This document shows positions 18,587 through 29,074 of a stretch of DNA of 32,000 nucleotides, one piece after another (the stretch's first letter is position 1; each line of letters starts with the position of its first letter). The stretch is taken from positions 75,495 through 107,494 of the forward strand of contig MTSL01000134.1 in the NCBI GenBank assembly GCA_002794465.1, in the 5' to 3' direction. Under the pieces are notes generated by a model. It was not told the DNA's origin. It did not search any database and was given only the letters and a program-made list of their open reading frames with translations. The stretch is from Paramicrosporidium saccamoebae KSL3 (Eukaryota > Fungi > Cryptomycota). The position numbers were made by a program, and so were the translations under genes.

Positions 18587-19257
18587 ATGTTTTCACTTGT
18601 CACGATCCGGGACTGTGTGAAACTGTCCCCGAGCAAACTCAAACAAGACTTTGTAAAGGCCATAATTCTGGCGCTGAATCAAAAATACTGCAACAAGGTA
18701 GTGCAGTGTGGCATCGTCTGATTCAGTAGGTTATTATAAATATTGGGCTGTCAATAAGCATCTTTGATGTACTGGAAGCAGCCGATCCATACGTTCATTT
18801 GGGGGAAGCCTCTGCCATTGTCAAGGTGAAATTTCGGCTGATTGTGTTTCGTCCGTTTGTTGGAGAGATACTCGAGGGCACAGTACGCAGTAGCAGTGAG
18901 GAGGGCATCCACGTCTCAGTTTCCCTCTTTGACGATATTCTCGTCCCGCCTGCATGTATGCAGCCCAATACAACCTTTGACCCGTCCGAGCAGGTGTGGT
19001 CCTGGAATTACGAGGAAAACCAAATGTTCCTGGACGTGGGAGAGACGATACGGTTCAGGGTGATGGGAGAGCAGTTCACAGAGACAGCGCCCTTACAGAA
19101 AGAAGTTTTGATGGCGGCGAGGGCGGCCGCACTAAGCGGGACTGAGGTGATACCCGTAGGAGAAGAGTTGCCGGTGACTCCTGCGCCATACAAATTAGTC
19201 GCTACGATTGCAGAGGATGGATTAGGTCTAGTTAGATGGTGGCAACCGCCCGAATAG
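18587..19257 (+). CDS. RPC25: RNA polymerase III subunit C25
   Basis: MFSLVTIRDCVKLSP..LNQKYCNK|VIINIGLSISIFD..VKFRLIVFRPFVGEILEG..LGLVRWW. Intron 18698-18729; alternative ATG at 18578. Confidence 0.93.
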
Positions 19258-19265
19258 AACATTAT

Positions 19266-19520
19266 GTGGGAATATATATACGAATTAGATGCGTGGGGAC
19301 GTATGTACGAACTGGATGCGTGGGGACGTGTGTACGAATTAGATGTGCGATAATATATATACAATTAGATGCGTGAGAGTATATATAAATTAGATACGTG
19401 GGGATGTATTTACGAATTAGATGGGTATGAATATGTTTACAAACCGGATCTGCAAGAGTATATTTACGGACTGGGTCATAAATTTGCGGACTGGATCTTA
19501 AATAATGGATCTGCAAGAGT
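19266..19520. repeat. Degenerate minisatellite of about 27 bp (about 8-9 units) between the convergent RPC25 and VTA1 ends
   Basis: Consensus approximately GTGGGGA(C/T)GTAT(A/G/T)TACGAATTAGATGC. Confidence 0.85.
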
Positions 19521-19578
19521 ATATGCACCCTCTTGACTACAACCCTCGCCACACTAACGAATATAGTACAGGTTTAAT

Positions 19579-20562
19579 TTACTTCCTCGGTAAGCTGTGT
19601 AAAATGCTCAATGCAGACTCGAGATTCTTGATCGCAGTTGCAACATCTTCAAACTGGATTGCACTGATAGCAAATCTAGCATGTTTCTCTGCACTCGATA
19701 GTGCCAAAGGGTCTACTACGGGGGACACGGCAGCTGGGATCTGCAACGGGGACTGAGTTGGTTGGACTGTCACTGGTCCTGGAATGGTGATTGCAGGAAG
19801 AACAATTGGAGGCGACGTTCTATGAAAAGCTGTATCTGTCGCCGCACTCTTATTAATATCTGTTGGCATAAATGTCGGACACGACATTTGATGGTTGGGC
19901 ATTTTCGTTGTGTCCGCCGTCTTGTTTATCGTTTCGCTCGTTGTTCTCGGTTCAGGATCAAACTGAAACTGTCCAGACATTGACGGCAAGTGTCCTCCCC
20001 TGCTCACTTCGTCTATTTCTTGGATCTTTTCCGCCGATCCAGGCGGTCCAGACAGCGGCTGCTTGCCCTCATTGAGTGATTTGACAATATCTGACGCCTT
20101 CCATTTTGCATATCGAATCCTCTCCTCAATCTCCTCCCCTAGCTCGCCCAGTCCACGCATGACCTCTAGAAATTGCGACGCAACGAGAAAGAGACGTCCA
20201 GTTTTCTTAGTGGCCTGGCCAGCACGGTCCTCGTTGTCGGCAGCAAGGAAAATGCGACTGGCGAATTGCAGTATAGCTGCGCGGGCCTGCTCGTGGTCGT
20301 GCATTGCAGGTTCGTTGCTAAGAGCCTTCTTCTCCTGCTATCTTAGCACTAGTCAAAGGTTGATTACCTGCTCCAGCTCGCTAAAGAGCGCTTTAATAAA
20401 GGCATCATTTTCAGGAGATTTCTGGTATGGCTTGCACAAAGCAATACTCACTGCATAGTAGCCACAGTAATATGCAATGACTGGCTCACGGGTTTTTAAT
20501 TCTGACGCTCGCTGCAAGTAGGGCAAGAGGTGCCTAAAATCTTCAGGACACTCGGGGAGCAT
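19579..20562 (-). CDS. VTA1: ESCRT/Vps4 regulator Vta1
   Basis: LLPYLQRASEL..EPVIAYYC, FLAADNEDRAG..FLVASQFLEVM..IRYAKWKA, and C-terminal AEKHARFAISAIQFEDVATAIKNL. Intron 20367-20338. Confidence 0.95.
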
Positions 20563-20612
20563 GCGGGATTTGCAGCAATTTTCCTTTTATTATCCGTAGG
20601 ATACATGCACAA

Positions 20613-21295
20613 CTAACTTGACATATAATTCATGGCCAGCACCATTACAGCGAACACAAGGATCATGAGAAAACCAATCAGATGCGAATTGTTTAGCCCA
20701 GATTCCATCGGTCTGGGCCGGACACTGGGTGGCAATGGTGGGGGTATCTTTTCGTCATCTGCACGGGGCTTGGGCTTGTATCCACAGCTGCGACATGCAA
20801 AGGGACGTGACGAATAAGCCAATTGCTGTCGTTCCTCGGCCGACATCCCAACATATCCGATGGCACCACGATCTTCCACCGTAAAATGATCCCGGATGGC
20901 GATGAGCATGGTACGCACCCCCCACGCCGGTTGCCAATGCTCCGGATGGAACCCAGTGACAGACAAACATATCTTTGTGCCTGTTTGGAAGCGTCCGCTA
21001 GGAGTGAGGAACATGAGTGTGGGTGGCGAGAAAGGATAGTCTGCAGGAAAGATAAGACGGCCGTGGTACAGACCATATTCATAGGGACTCTCGTTGGGTC
21101 CTTCAAGTGTAAAATGCCATTCTAAGTAGTTGTCCTACACGTAAATACAAGGCCGTTGGCCATACCTCTAAAGGATGCACAGTAAAGGGAAGGTCGCGCA
21201 GGTTCTTGTCTATTTCATCAAACTCCTTCTTTAGCCTCTTAATAGCTATTGTTGAGCAGCTTGGTAGGAAAGGTACCTGGATTATTGCGCGACAT
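20613..21295 (-). CDS. UBC6: Tail-anchored ubiquitin-conjugating enzyme Ubc6/UBE2J
   Basis: MSRNNPAIKRLKKE..HPLE|DNYLEWHFTLEGP..TPSGRFQTGTKICLSVTGFHPEHWQPAW with a C-terminal TM helix. Introns 21276-21246 and 21165-21135. Confidence 0.93.
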
Positions 21296-21366
21296 TTCGT
21301 CGTGGCAGCTATTCCAGAGGCTTCGGCCACGGACCAATCACCACTTATGGGGCGAATTACCTTGGT

Positions 21367-22553
21367 TTATTCCAAATATGGTGTACTTACAATCTGTTCT
21401 AAATCTTCGCACAGCTCTTGCCAAGAGTACTCTTTTCCAAATTGCTGCTTTACTCCATGGTCCGATCTAATTCTGTTTAGTACGCTTCGCTTTACATATC
21501 TCCGAAATTCCGTCTCGTCAGAAGAATCTAGCGATAGCAAGGCGGATGAACTTTGCAGAGATGAATTGGCAGTGTCGGACATGTAGATTGAAACGCCCAA
21601 ATAGTCACTCTCTTGTTCTATAGAATCAGCCCTTCCCAACTTCCAAGAGCTCCTCTCAGCATTCCCGAGGGATCCCAGGACAGAAAAGTTTTTCAAATTG
21701 TTTGTGGGAACCTTGCCTTGAGAAGCTGTGCCAAATCCGACCTCTGATATACCAAGCGGCATTTTCTGAATTCCACAGTACGGGAAGAGATTTGGTGTGA
21801 CAAATGTCTCGAGTAGCCCTCCAACTAGACAAGAACTTTGAAGATTAAACGACAGAGAGTCGTCAAAAAAGAGCGGTAGCAACCGATTCGAATATTCATT
21901 CAGACAGGTCAGGTTTATCGCCTTGTCGGCTACGCAGCCTCGATAATCAGGATCAAAGCCAGTAAACAGAGCAATAGTATCACAAACTCTCACGCCGAGA
22001 TTGTCTTTTGCCAATGTCAGGAATGATGTGGACAGTCCACCCCAGAAACCCACCGATTCTGTAACAGTCAGAACCCTCTCGAGACTGTCGCATTCCTCAG
22101 CAGCCAGACGCAAAGCATCTAGAGCAGTTTCTTGACACTGTGCCGTCGCTTCTATTCCAGCTTCGTGTAGACCAGTGTTCTCAACCGATGAAAAGATGGG
22201 AACATTTGTGGGAATGTAGCTTTGAGGAAGATACTTTGTAAAATTGAACCGTTGCCAGCCGCTTAGCTGGCTTGGTGGCGCAGATACCTCAGATTCGATA
22301 ATCATGCTCTTTTGATGTGTCTCAAAAACTACAGTTCTTGGAGTTGACTAGAAAGATTAGGACCCAACCTTGTGGATGTACTCTCGATCCTAGCAAGGTA
22401 TTGAACAAAGTCTCGTCATTTGAGTGGTAAAGCTTTGCCTGCTGGCTCTAAAAATATAGCAAACACAAGATTGGATACAATAGAATTCCAAAAGTGAGAC
22501 AAGGACGTATTAGCAGAATCGCCAAACTGCAGAACGATAGTCTGACCAGCCAT
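21367..22553 (-). CDS. DML1: Misato/Dml1 tubulin-FtsZ-like protein
   Basis: MAGQTIVLQFGDSANTSLSHFWNS, TPRTVVFE and LRLAAEECDSL..GFWGGL. Two introns (31 and 34 nt) lie upstream of the track ORF. Confidence 0.85.
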
Positions 22554-22622
22554 CGGTGGTCCCCGGTGATCGTTCTGTTTATCTCGCTATTTACAAATAA
22601 CTCTCGTGCAAGCAATTTATTT

Positions 22623-22871
22623 CTACAACGAAGACCAGGCGAGAAATTTGAGCAGCACCAGGACTACTACTACAGCCATCACCGACACTAGACATTATGA
22701 AAAAACAAACTTGTTACGGCAAATCGACTTTTCCAGCGCATCCAATTCTCGAATGCCTGTCTCGACACTGAACCGGAACCACCACATTTTGATCCAATCT
22801 CCCCAGTATCGGACACCCTTTCCACGAGGTATCCGATGGGCTGTATAGTGCACCTCACGGGGCAGCGACAT
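22623..22871 (-). CDS. Serine palmitoyltransferase small subunit-like (ssSPT), copy 1
   Basis: Intron 22717-22688 gives MSLPREVHYTAHRIPRGKGVRYWGDWIKMWWFRFSVETGIRELDALEKSICLSVMAVVVVLVLLKFLAWSSL (72 aa), an amphipathic helix plus a TM segment. Confidence 0.68.
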
Positions 22872-23004
22872 TCAAAGTTTGTTTGACCAATTGCTATATT
22901 TAGTAATAAATATAAGCGGTGTGAATTGGATGTTGCGCGGCGGGAGCATGTCCACACTTGATCACATAATACCAAATACTCGGCTAATCATTCCGCTACT
23001 TTAC

Positions 23005-23173
23005 ACTTTTATAAACTCGCCAGTATAGTGTCAATCTCTCCGCTTATCGTCTCTGACTATTCTTTTCCCACTTGATCCATCACCCAGCTAATTTTTTCAC
23101 TTTTGTGAACTCACCAGTATAGTGCCAATCTTTCCGTTTCTCGCCTCTGACTACTCTTTTGCCATTTGGTTCA
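23005..23173. repeat. Two-copy direct repeat, 94-bp period
   Basis: ACTTTT(A/G)T(A/G)AACTC(G/A)CCAGTATAGTG(T/C)CAATCT(C/T)TCCG...TCTGACTA(T/C)TCTTTT at 23005 and 23099. Confidence 0.85.
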
Positions 23174-23216
23174 CTGCTTTACAGTGGACTGGGGCGAATT
23201 GGTCAAGCCTGGGTTA

Positions 23217-23695
23217 ATGCAGGAACAGCTGGGCGCATATCAGCACTTTGTGGATATTCGTCTGTTGCCTGACCTAAAGCAGACAATTGTATATCAAGAA
23301 AGGATTCAGGAGGACATTAAAGAATAGTACAGGAATTCTCATGCTGGCTGACTCGTTGTAGTGAAGCCTTGATGGATACTATTGACGCCATAAGCAAGAG
23401 TGCGGCCAACGGAGGAAAAGTCTTGTTAAAGGTTGGAAAGAATGTTTACGGCCACGTTACAGTGTATTCCATATGATTATGTCGTTCATAAAGTAGCGAT
23501 AACCCGGACAAGATACTAGTGGATGTGGGAGAAGAGGTGTATGTGGAAATGTCCAGGTTAGAGGCACTCCGATTTTGTCATGAAAAGGTCTACTTTTTAC
23601 GGAAAAAGCTCGAGTCCCTTCAGGATAGAGAGGTGGATATCAAGTCTCACATAGATATGGTTGCGTTTAATCTGGAAGCACTCCGAGGACAGTAG
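23217..23695 (+). CDS. UXT: UXT, alpha-type prefoldin-like protein (absent from the ORF track)
   Basis: Introns 23327-23361 and 23464-23496 give YQHFVDIRLLPDLKQT..EYEALMDTI..KVGKNVYGHVTVDNPDKILVDVGEEVYVEMSRLEALRF..IKSHIDMVAFNLEAL (136 aa). Confidence 0.8.
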
Positions 23696-24097
23696 GATAA
23701 TTACCTCAAGCTATTTGTTCGAGTGGGAGGGTGTGGTGTCTATAAAATTGAGTCATGTCGCGTAGTGGAGAAGATGCCACGGATAGAGTCAAGCGGGAGG
23801 AGAATGTGTCCACTGTTGATCCGATAGCCTACTTTTAGTCTCACAAATGACGTATTAATAGTCCCGAGATTCTGTTAGTAAACGGAGGTGATGACTTTGT
23901 TAATATATCTTGCGTCATTATAGACTGCCATCCTCAGCACGCGGATTGTGGAATGACTAGCTGGATTGGGACTACCAGTTATAGACGGATAGTGTCTAAC
24001 AGATCCGTTATTTCCATTCGTTGTCTTTGGCTTTAGCTCTGCACCTTCCAAAGGTCCTAGCTCACAGTTAAAATTTGATGCTTTAGCACTGTACAGT

Positions 24098-24793
24098 TTA
24101 TAAACGACGTAGTTTACGGCGTGTCTCGGATAGAGAGCTGGTCAAGGTCGCAGTTTTCCTGCTGATCGGGTTAGCACTAGAGGTATTTTCCTGGTCGGCC
24201 TTGATCGGACTAGCGCCAGCGTGGATAGTCGCCAACAGCTTGGCCTTTTTAGTAAACCCGTCAAAATCGTCGAGAATCATCTTTCCCGCATCCTCGTTGA
24301 GTGCAGACTCGGGATTTGGGGTCATCAGTAGACTCTTGATCGTCTACTAATAAGTCACACAGAGAGGCGCTACCAAAAGTAAATGTGCGAGACCCAATTC
24401 AGGCTGCCAATCCTTTTGTAATGTGCTGAGGCAGATTTCACCGGTGGTGGGAGAAATGTTCGGATGAAAGATACTTGTCAAAAACTTGCCTACAGCGTTT
24501 CAGCCGTAGACATGACATTACTACCTTTGGGCGGTACATGCGGATAGTCTTCTGTAAATATCAGACGAATGGAAAACTTTCCTCCGCAATAAGGCGAGCC
24601 ATCTATGCCTTATATAGAGAAGACGACATGTACCTGGACCGGCGACAACAGCACAGAGGGTAAAGAGATCTGCTTCATTGGGAGATACCTCAATACCCTC
24701 AACTGGTTTGGCAATAAGCTGCTTGATCTCCTTATGGAGTAATTTGACGCCCTTCAGGCTGGAAGCGGCAGAATCCTTCGATAGCTCTACCAT
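24098..24793 (-). CDS. UBE2S: Ubiquitin-conjugating enzyme UBE2S (APC/C E2)
   Basis: UBC fold with three introns (31, 35, 30 nt), [26 protein letters not shown] and the diagnostic C-terminal RRKLRRL*. Confidence 0.88.
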
Positions 24794-24812
24794 TTAAGAG
24801 TATATTATTATA

Positions 24813-25965
24813 TTATTTCTGGCGCCCAAAGATGCGTTTTGCAAAAGATTGCAGCACGACACCTAGTTTTCTATTGCCATTTCCAACACTTTCAATCCGG
24901 AGAGAGAGGGCATCTTGATATGATTTTTCAAACAACCGGAACTCGGATTGCAAATCCAGATCATTATAGATGCCCCTGACAACAGCCTCAGACTCTATAT
25001 TTTTCTGTCCGTAGTGCTGTGCCAAGGAAGCGCGCATTTCCGCAGTTAAATTCTTGCTTTTCAAAGCCGTAACGATAAGCCAGGTGCATTTTCCTTCAAC
25101 AATATCAGTTCCAATTTTACCAATCACCTTGGGGTCGCCAAAACAATCGAGATAGTCATCTTGAATTTGAAACAATTCTCCCAGATCAATTAGAACCGAT
25201 TCTAATTCGGGTAAAACGGCTTCTTCAAAATATCCACCAACGAGAAGTGCGGCGATGACAGGCAGGTAGAACGAGTAATAAGCCGTCTTGAATCGGACAA
25301 TCCGACGATAAAGATCCATACTAAAACGGTTCAAATCGCGTGGTCCGTCCACAGGAGCCGTTAGCAGGTCCAAAAGCTGTCCTAGCTCTGTGCGCATTTT
25401 CGTATCAATGAACAATTCGAACAGAGGGACGTATGCCGGATTCTTCCCAAAGAAGCGCCTGAGGGTCCTGAATATCATTGAATGGAGGACGAAACAGTCG
25501 TTGATGGCCACCATTCCAACCTGTTCAGTGCGATACCAACATTCTTGGCCGCGTCGGGTGAGAGATGAATCCATGATGTCATCAGCCACCAAGAAAGATG
25601 CCTGAAGCTACAAAATGACAAAACAACAAGTCGACTACCCACTCGATACACCACCCAAGGGCCACGTATGCTTGCTGCTCCGCAGGCGAAAGCTTTCCCT
25701 CACGCATAACGGCCCCAGTTTCTGCCACGCTAAGCCCTCTATTCATCTTTCCTATAGAAATGCGTGAGCGTCCTAGGTATGTCTAGATACCTCCCAGCAC
25801 ATTATAGTCGCACATTTTGTCTATCCATCCTGAGGCAGGCTCTCCAATGCCAAGTTTCTTCATCTCCTCAAGAAAGTCATTTTTCAAATCCTTGTATGAG
25901 CGGTCGAATTCTTCCCGGAAGGGGCTCATGGTCTCGACCGGGAAAAGCGTCTCTATCCCGGCCAA
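24813..25965 (-). CDS. ERG20: Farnesyl diphosphate synthase
   Basis: YNVLGGKMNRG, LQASFLVADDIMDSS (FARM), FQIQDDYLD, GTDIVEGKCTW. Introns of 39 and 31 nt. Confidence 0.96.
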
Positions 25966-26090
25966 TAACCATTTTAGGACTGATTACGACGAACGTGAAA
26001 TATAAATGTATTTTGGATCACTAGTGTCTTGATATGGGCTTCTGGTCTTGCTTTGGCCTTAGAGACAACCAGGCCCAGGCGGAGCGGAGT

Positions 26091-27497
26091 ATGACAAAAA
26101 GCCCGGTCCCCAATATCGGCATTCTGGCCGCGGAAATTTACCTCCCCAACACTTATGTCTCGCAGGCAGCTTTGGGTACAGTTGGTCATGGTGGAGGTTT
26201 GTAATATAATAGAGGTATTTGATGGAGTGCCAACGGGGAAATACACTGTCGGACTTGGCCAAGAAGCCATGGCAATTGTCCGTGACAATGAAGACGTAAA
26301 CTCTATGTGCATGACTGGTATCTCTCTGAATGACAACCTATATGTTTAGCCGTGTCTCTACTGATGGAGCGACATGAAATTTCTGAGGATCGCATCGGTC
26401 GAATTGAAGTTGGAACTGAGACTATCCAGGACAAGAGCAAGTCGGTCAAATCTTATTTGATGCAGCTATTTCCTTTGAACCCGGATATCTGTGGTGTTGA
26501 TAATGTAACTGCATGTTATGGCGGAACTGCGGCCTTGCTAAACAGTGTGGCGTGGATGGAGAGTGAAGACTGGGATGGACGCTTGGCGCTGGTTGTTGTG
26601 GGCGACATTGCCGTGTACGCAAAGGGGCCTGCCCGTCCAACGGGCGGGGCAGCGGCGATGGCAATTTTAATAGGACCAAATGCGCCCCTAGTAATGGAAC
26701 GTGGAACTGCTGCCCACTTTATGCAGCATGCTTTTGATTTTTACAAACCCGATCCCTCCAGCGAATATCCTACGGTCGATGGTCAGACATCCATCTTTTG
26801 CTACTTGGGTGCGTTGGATGCCTGCTATAATGCCCACTTGGACAAGATTGAAAAAAAGACGGGCGCAGAAGTCAACGGGTTAGAGTTGTTTGACCATTTT
26901 GTCTTCCACGCTCCCTATGCCAAACTGGTGCAAAAGTCTGTAGGTCGCCTACTTTTCAACGATTTCCTGAGATGCCCCAATCCTCATTCCCAGCTGGAGC
27001 CATTTAGAGATGCGGTCATTGAAACGACATACAACAACCGCGAGCTGGACACGCTTTTATCTACATTAAGCAAAGAGTCCTTTGCGACCAAAACTGCCAT
27101 CACCAAACTATTGCCTGGCCAGCTTGGCAATAGCTATTGTGCATGTCTATTCTCGGGTCTATTTTCGCTAATATGCCAACTAAAAGATACTGACTGTGTG
27201 GGACGGCGAATTGGAATGTTCTCTTATGGCTCTGGGCTGGCTGCAACCATGTTTTCGCTAAAAGTTGTGGCTCCGATGACTAACGTCACGCCACCTGTTG
27301 ATGAGATTAAAACAATCTTGTCAAAGAGACAAGAAGTAAGTGCTGCCGAGTTTGAAGCCATCCTGAATGAGCGAGAGGCGAATTATTGCCGCAAAGGTTG
27401 GAGTCCCCAGAGTTCCACAGAAGTTTTGAGGTCCGGAACATTCTATCTGGACACTATTGACGCCAAATTCCGTCGATTCTATAATAGAAAAAATTAA
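26091..27497 (+). CDS. ERG13: HMG-CoA synthase
   Basis: NIGILAAEIYLP, GKYTVGLGQ, GRIEVGTET, ACYGGTAAL (catalytic Cys), FHAPY, GNSYCA, MFSYGSG. Introns of 37 and 32 nt. Confidence 0.96.
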
Positions 27498-27747
27498 TTA
27501 GCTATCCACGTATAAAGCTCGGTGGCAAACAGTCTTGTGATCATTACGCCGACTACTAACAAGATTCCATCTAAAATTACAATCTACAAAGTTTTGTACA
27601 CAGGATGTAGCGCTCCCAGCTTTCGAGCATAATTATTCCACTATTGAGTTTAAAGCGGTACCAGCGCAGTCTGATCCACGATGGAATCGACGTTAGTCCC
27701 TTCTCCTTGGGCACTTGATGTGCTCTGTATAGCAGAGAGGCGGCCAT
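27494..27747 (-). CDS. Serine palmitoyltransferase small subunit-like (ssSPT), copy 2
   Basis: Intron 27599-27571 gives MAASLLYRAHQVPKEKGLTSIPSWIRLRWYRFKLNSGIIMLESWERYILYGILLVVGVMITRLFATELYTWIAN (74 aa). Confidence 0.72.
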
Positions 27748-28068
27748 GTTCTCGGTTGCAATTGGCGCAGCCGTATTTCTGGGGTTACCAATCAAGGCTG
27801 GGATATCGATACTTCCAAAAACAGAATAATGACTAAGAGTGTTGGGGAGGGTGTAAGGGACGGGTATTACTGTGATTTAGGGGATTTGTCAAGTATTAGA
27901 TTAGTCGCCACATGTCAAGATTTGAGCCAGAAAAGCTAAAGTATGGTTTAATTGAGAATAAAAAGTTCCCTTGACGCCTGACAAATTACGCAATAACACC
28001 CCGCCTCTCGTCCCATGACGTAAGATTACAATACTCCATGTTCAGAACCTCACAACCCAAACACTTTA

Positions 28069-29052
28069 TTACAATCTATCGGGGGGACGCATCCCATCGA
28101 GCCATCTCATCGTCAGTGCATAAACGGTAAATATTACTGCATTTGTTGGAAATGCGCGCATCACAGTAGCCGTGGTGCCTCGGAAGAGGCCAGGAATGCC
28201 TTCATTTTTTACAATCAATCGAAACCATGTTACTATGGAAGTGTTGGTTGGTTTACTTCCGGGGATGGGAAAGAGTGGCTGGGCTTGAATTCTTGTTTTG
28301 ATAACATCGATGGGATATGTAGACATCCAGGCGACAATGCCACTAACACCTCCGGCAAGCATTAATGCCCGGTTGTCCAAATGGCCCTGATTCTCTTCAG
28401 TGGTCCATGCGCGTCTCATGCCCTCAAAGCACGCAAAGTATGATCCATAGCTAGGCGTCTCTCTTAGAATAGTGGGCCATAAGCCCCGATAACAGCCAAC
28501 TAGGCCATGCCGCCTCCAAACCTGTTTCATGCAATCTGACGGTGATCGGAACTCGCCCTTTCCAATCTGGTTCTGCACTTGGATCTTACCCAATTCCACA
28601 GGTCCGCTAATGTAGCTGTTCACAAATCCTGATCCCGCACCCGCAATAAAAATCTGGCCGAGTGTCGGCGTGTGTCCGGGTTGTAGTTGGCTCTCCAGGA
28701 AGAATCCGTAGACACCAAATAATAGAGTGTTAATTGCGGTTACACCGACTAGTGGGGAGGAGACACCCTTAAAAAGACCCGGGACTCGCTCCTTCTGGAG
28801 GATGGAAGCAAAACAATGTAGTGTGTTGCGGTACAGAGGCGACGAGTGGGGTTGGGACTGTAGTCGGACTTTGACAGTGTCAAAAGGGTGGCCAGCGAGC
28901 ACGCCAGAGGCGCCTGCAACAGTTCCAGCTATCACATTCATGCCGGTTACGCTCCATAAACAGCTGGAAAACCATGATGGTCGGCGGTCGTCATCCGGCG
29001 ACGCCATAGGAGAAGGGACGTCAAGGCTCACCTTTCCAAATATAGAAGGCAC
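28069..29052 (-). CDS. Mitochondrial carrier (SLC25A29/45/48, Ymc/Crc-like)
   Basis: Three carrier repeats: GHPFDTVKVRLQ, GPVELGKIQVQ, YPIDVIKTRIQ. Substrate not assignable by eye. Confidence 0.92.
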   Translation of the reverse strand: MPSIFGKVSLDVPSPMASPDDDRRPSWFSSCLWSVTGMNVIAGTVAGASGVLAGHPFDTVKVRLQSQPHSSPLYRNTLHCFASILQKERVPGLFKGVSSPLVGVTAINTLLFGVYGFFLESQLQPGHTPTLGQIFIAGAGSGFVNSYISGPVELGKIQVQNQIGKGEFRSPSDCMKQVWRRHGLVGCYRGLWPTILRETPSYGSYFACFEGMRRAWTTEENQGHLDNRALMLAGGVSGIVAWMSTYPIDVIKTRIQAQPLFPIPGSKPTNTSIVTWFRLIVKNEGIPGLFRGTTATVMRAFPTNAVIFTVYALTMRWLDGMRPPDRL

Positions 29053-29074
29053 ATTTGGTCACACGCCATAATGT

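Noticed and set aside
23888-23894. GTGATGA, a possible snoRNA box C
   Set aside because: No CTGA box D at a suitable distance and no terminal stem.
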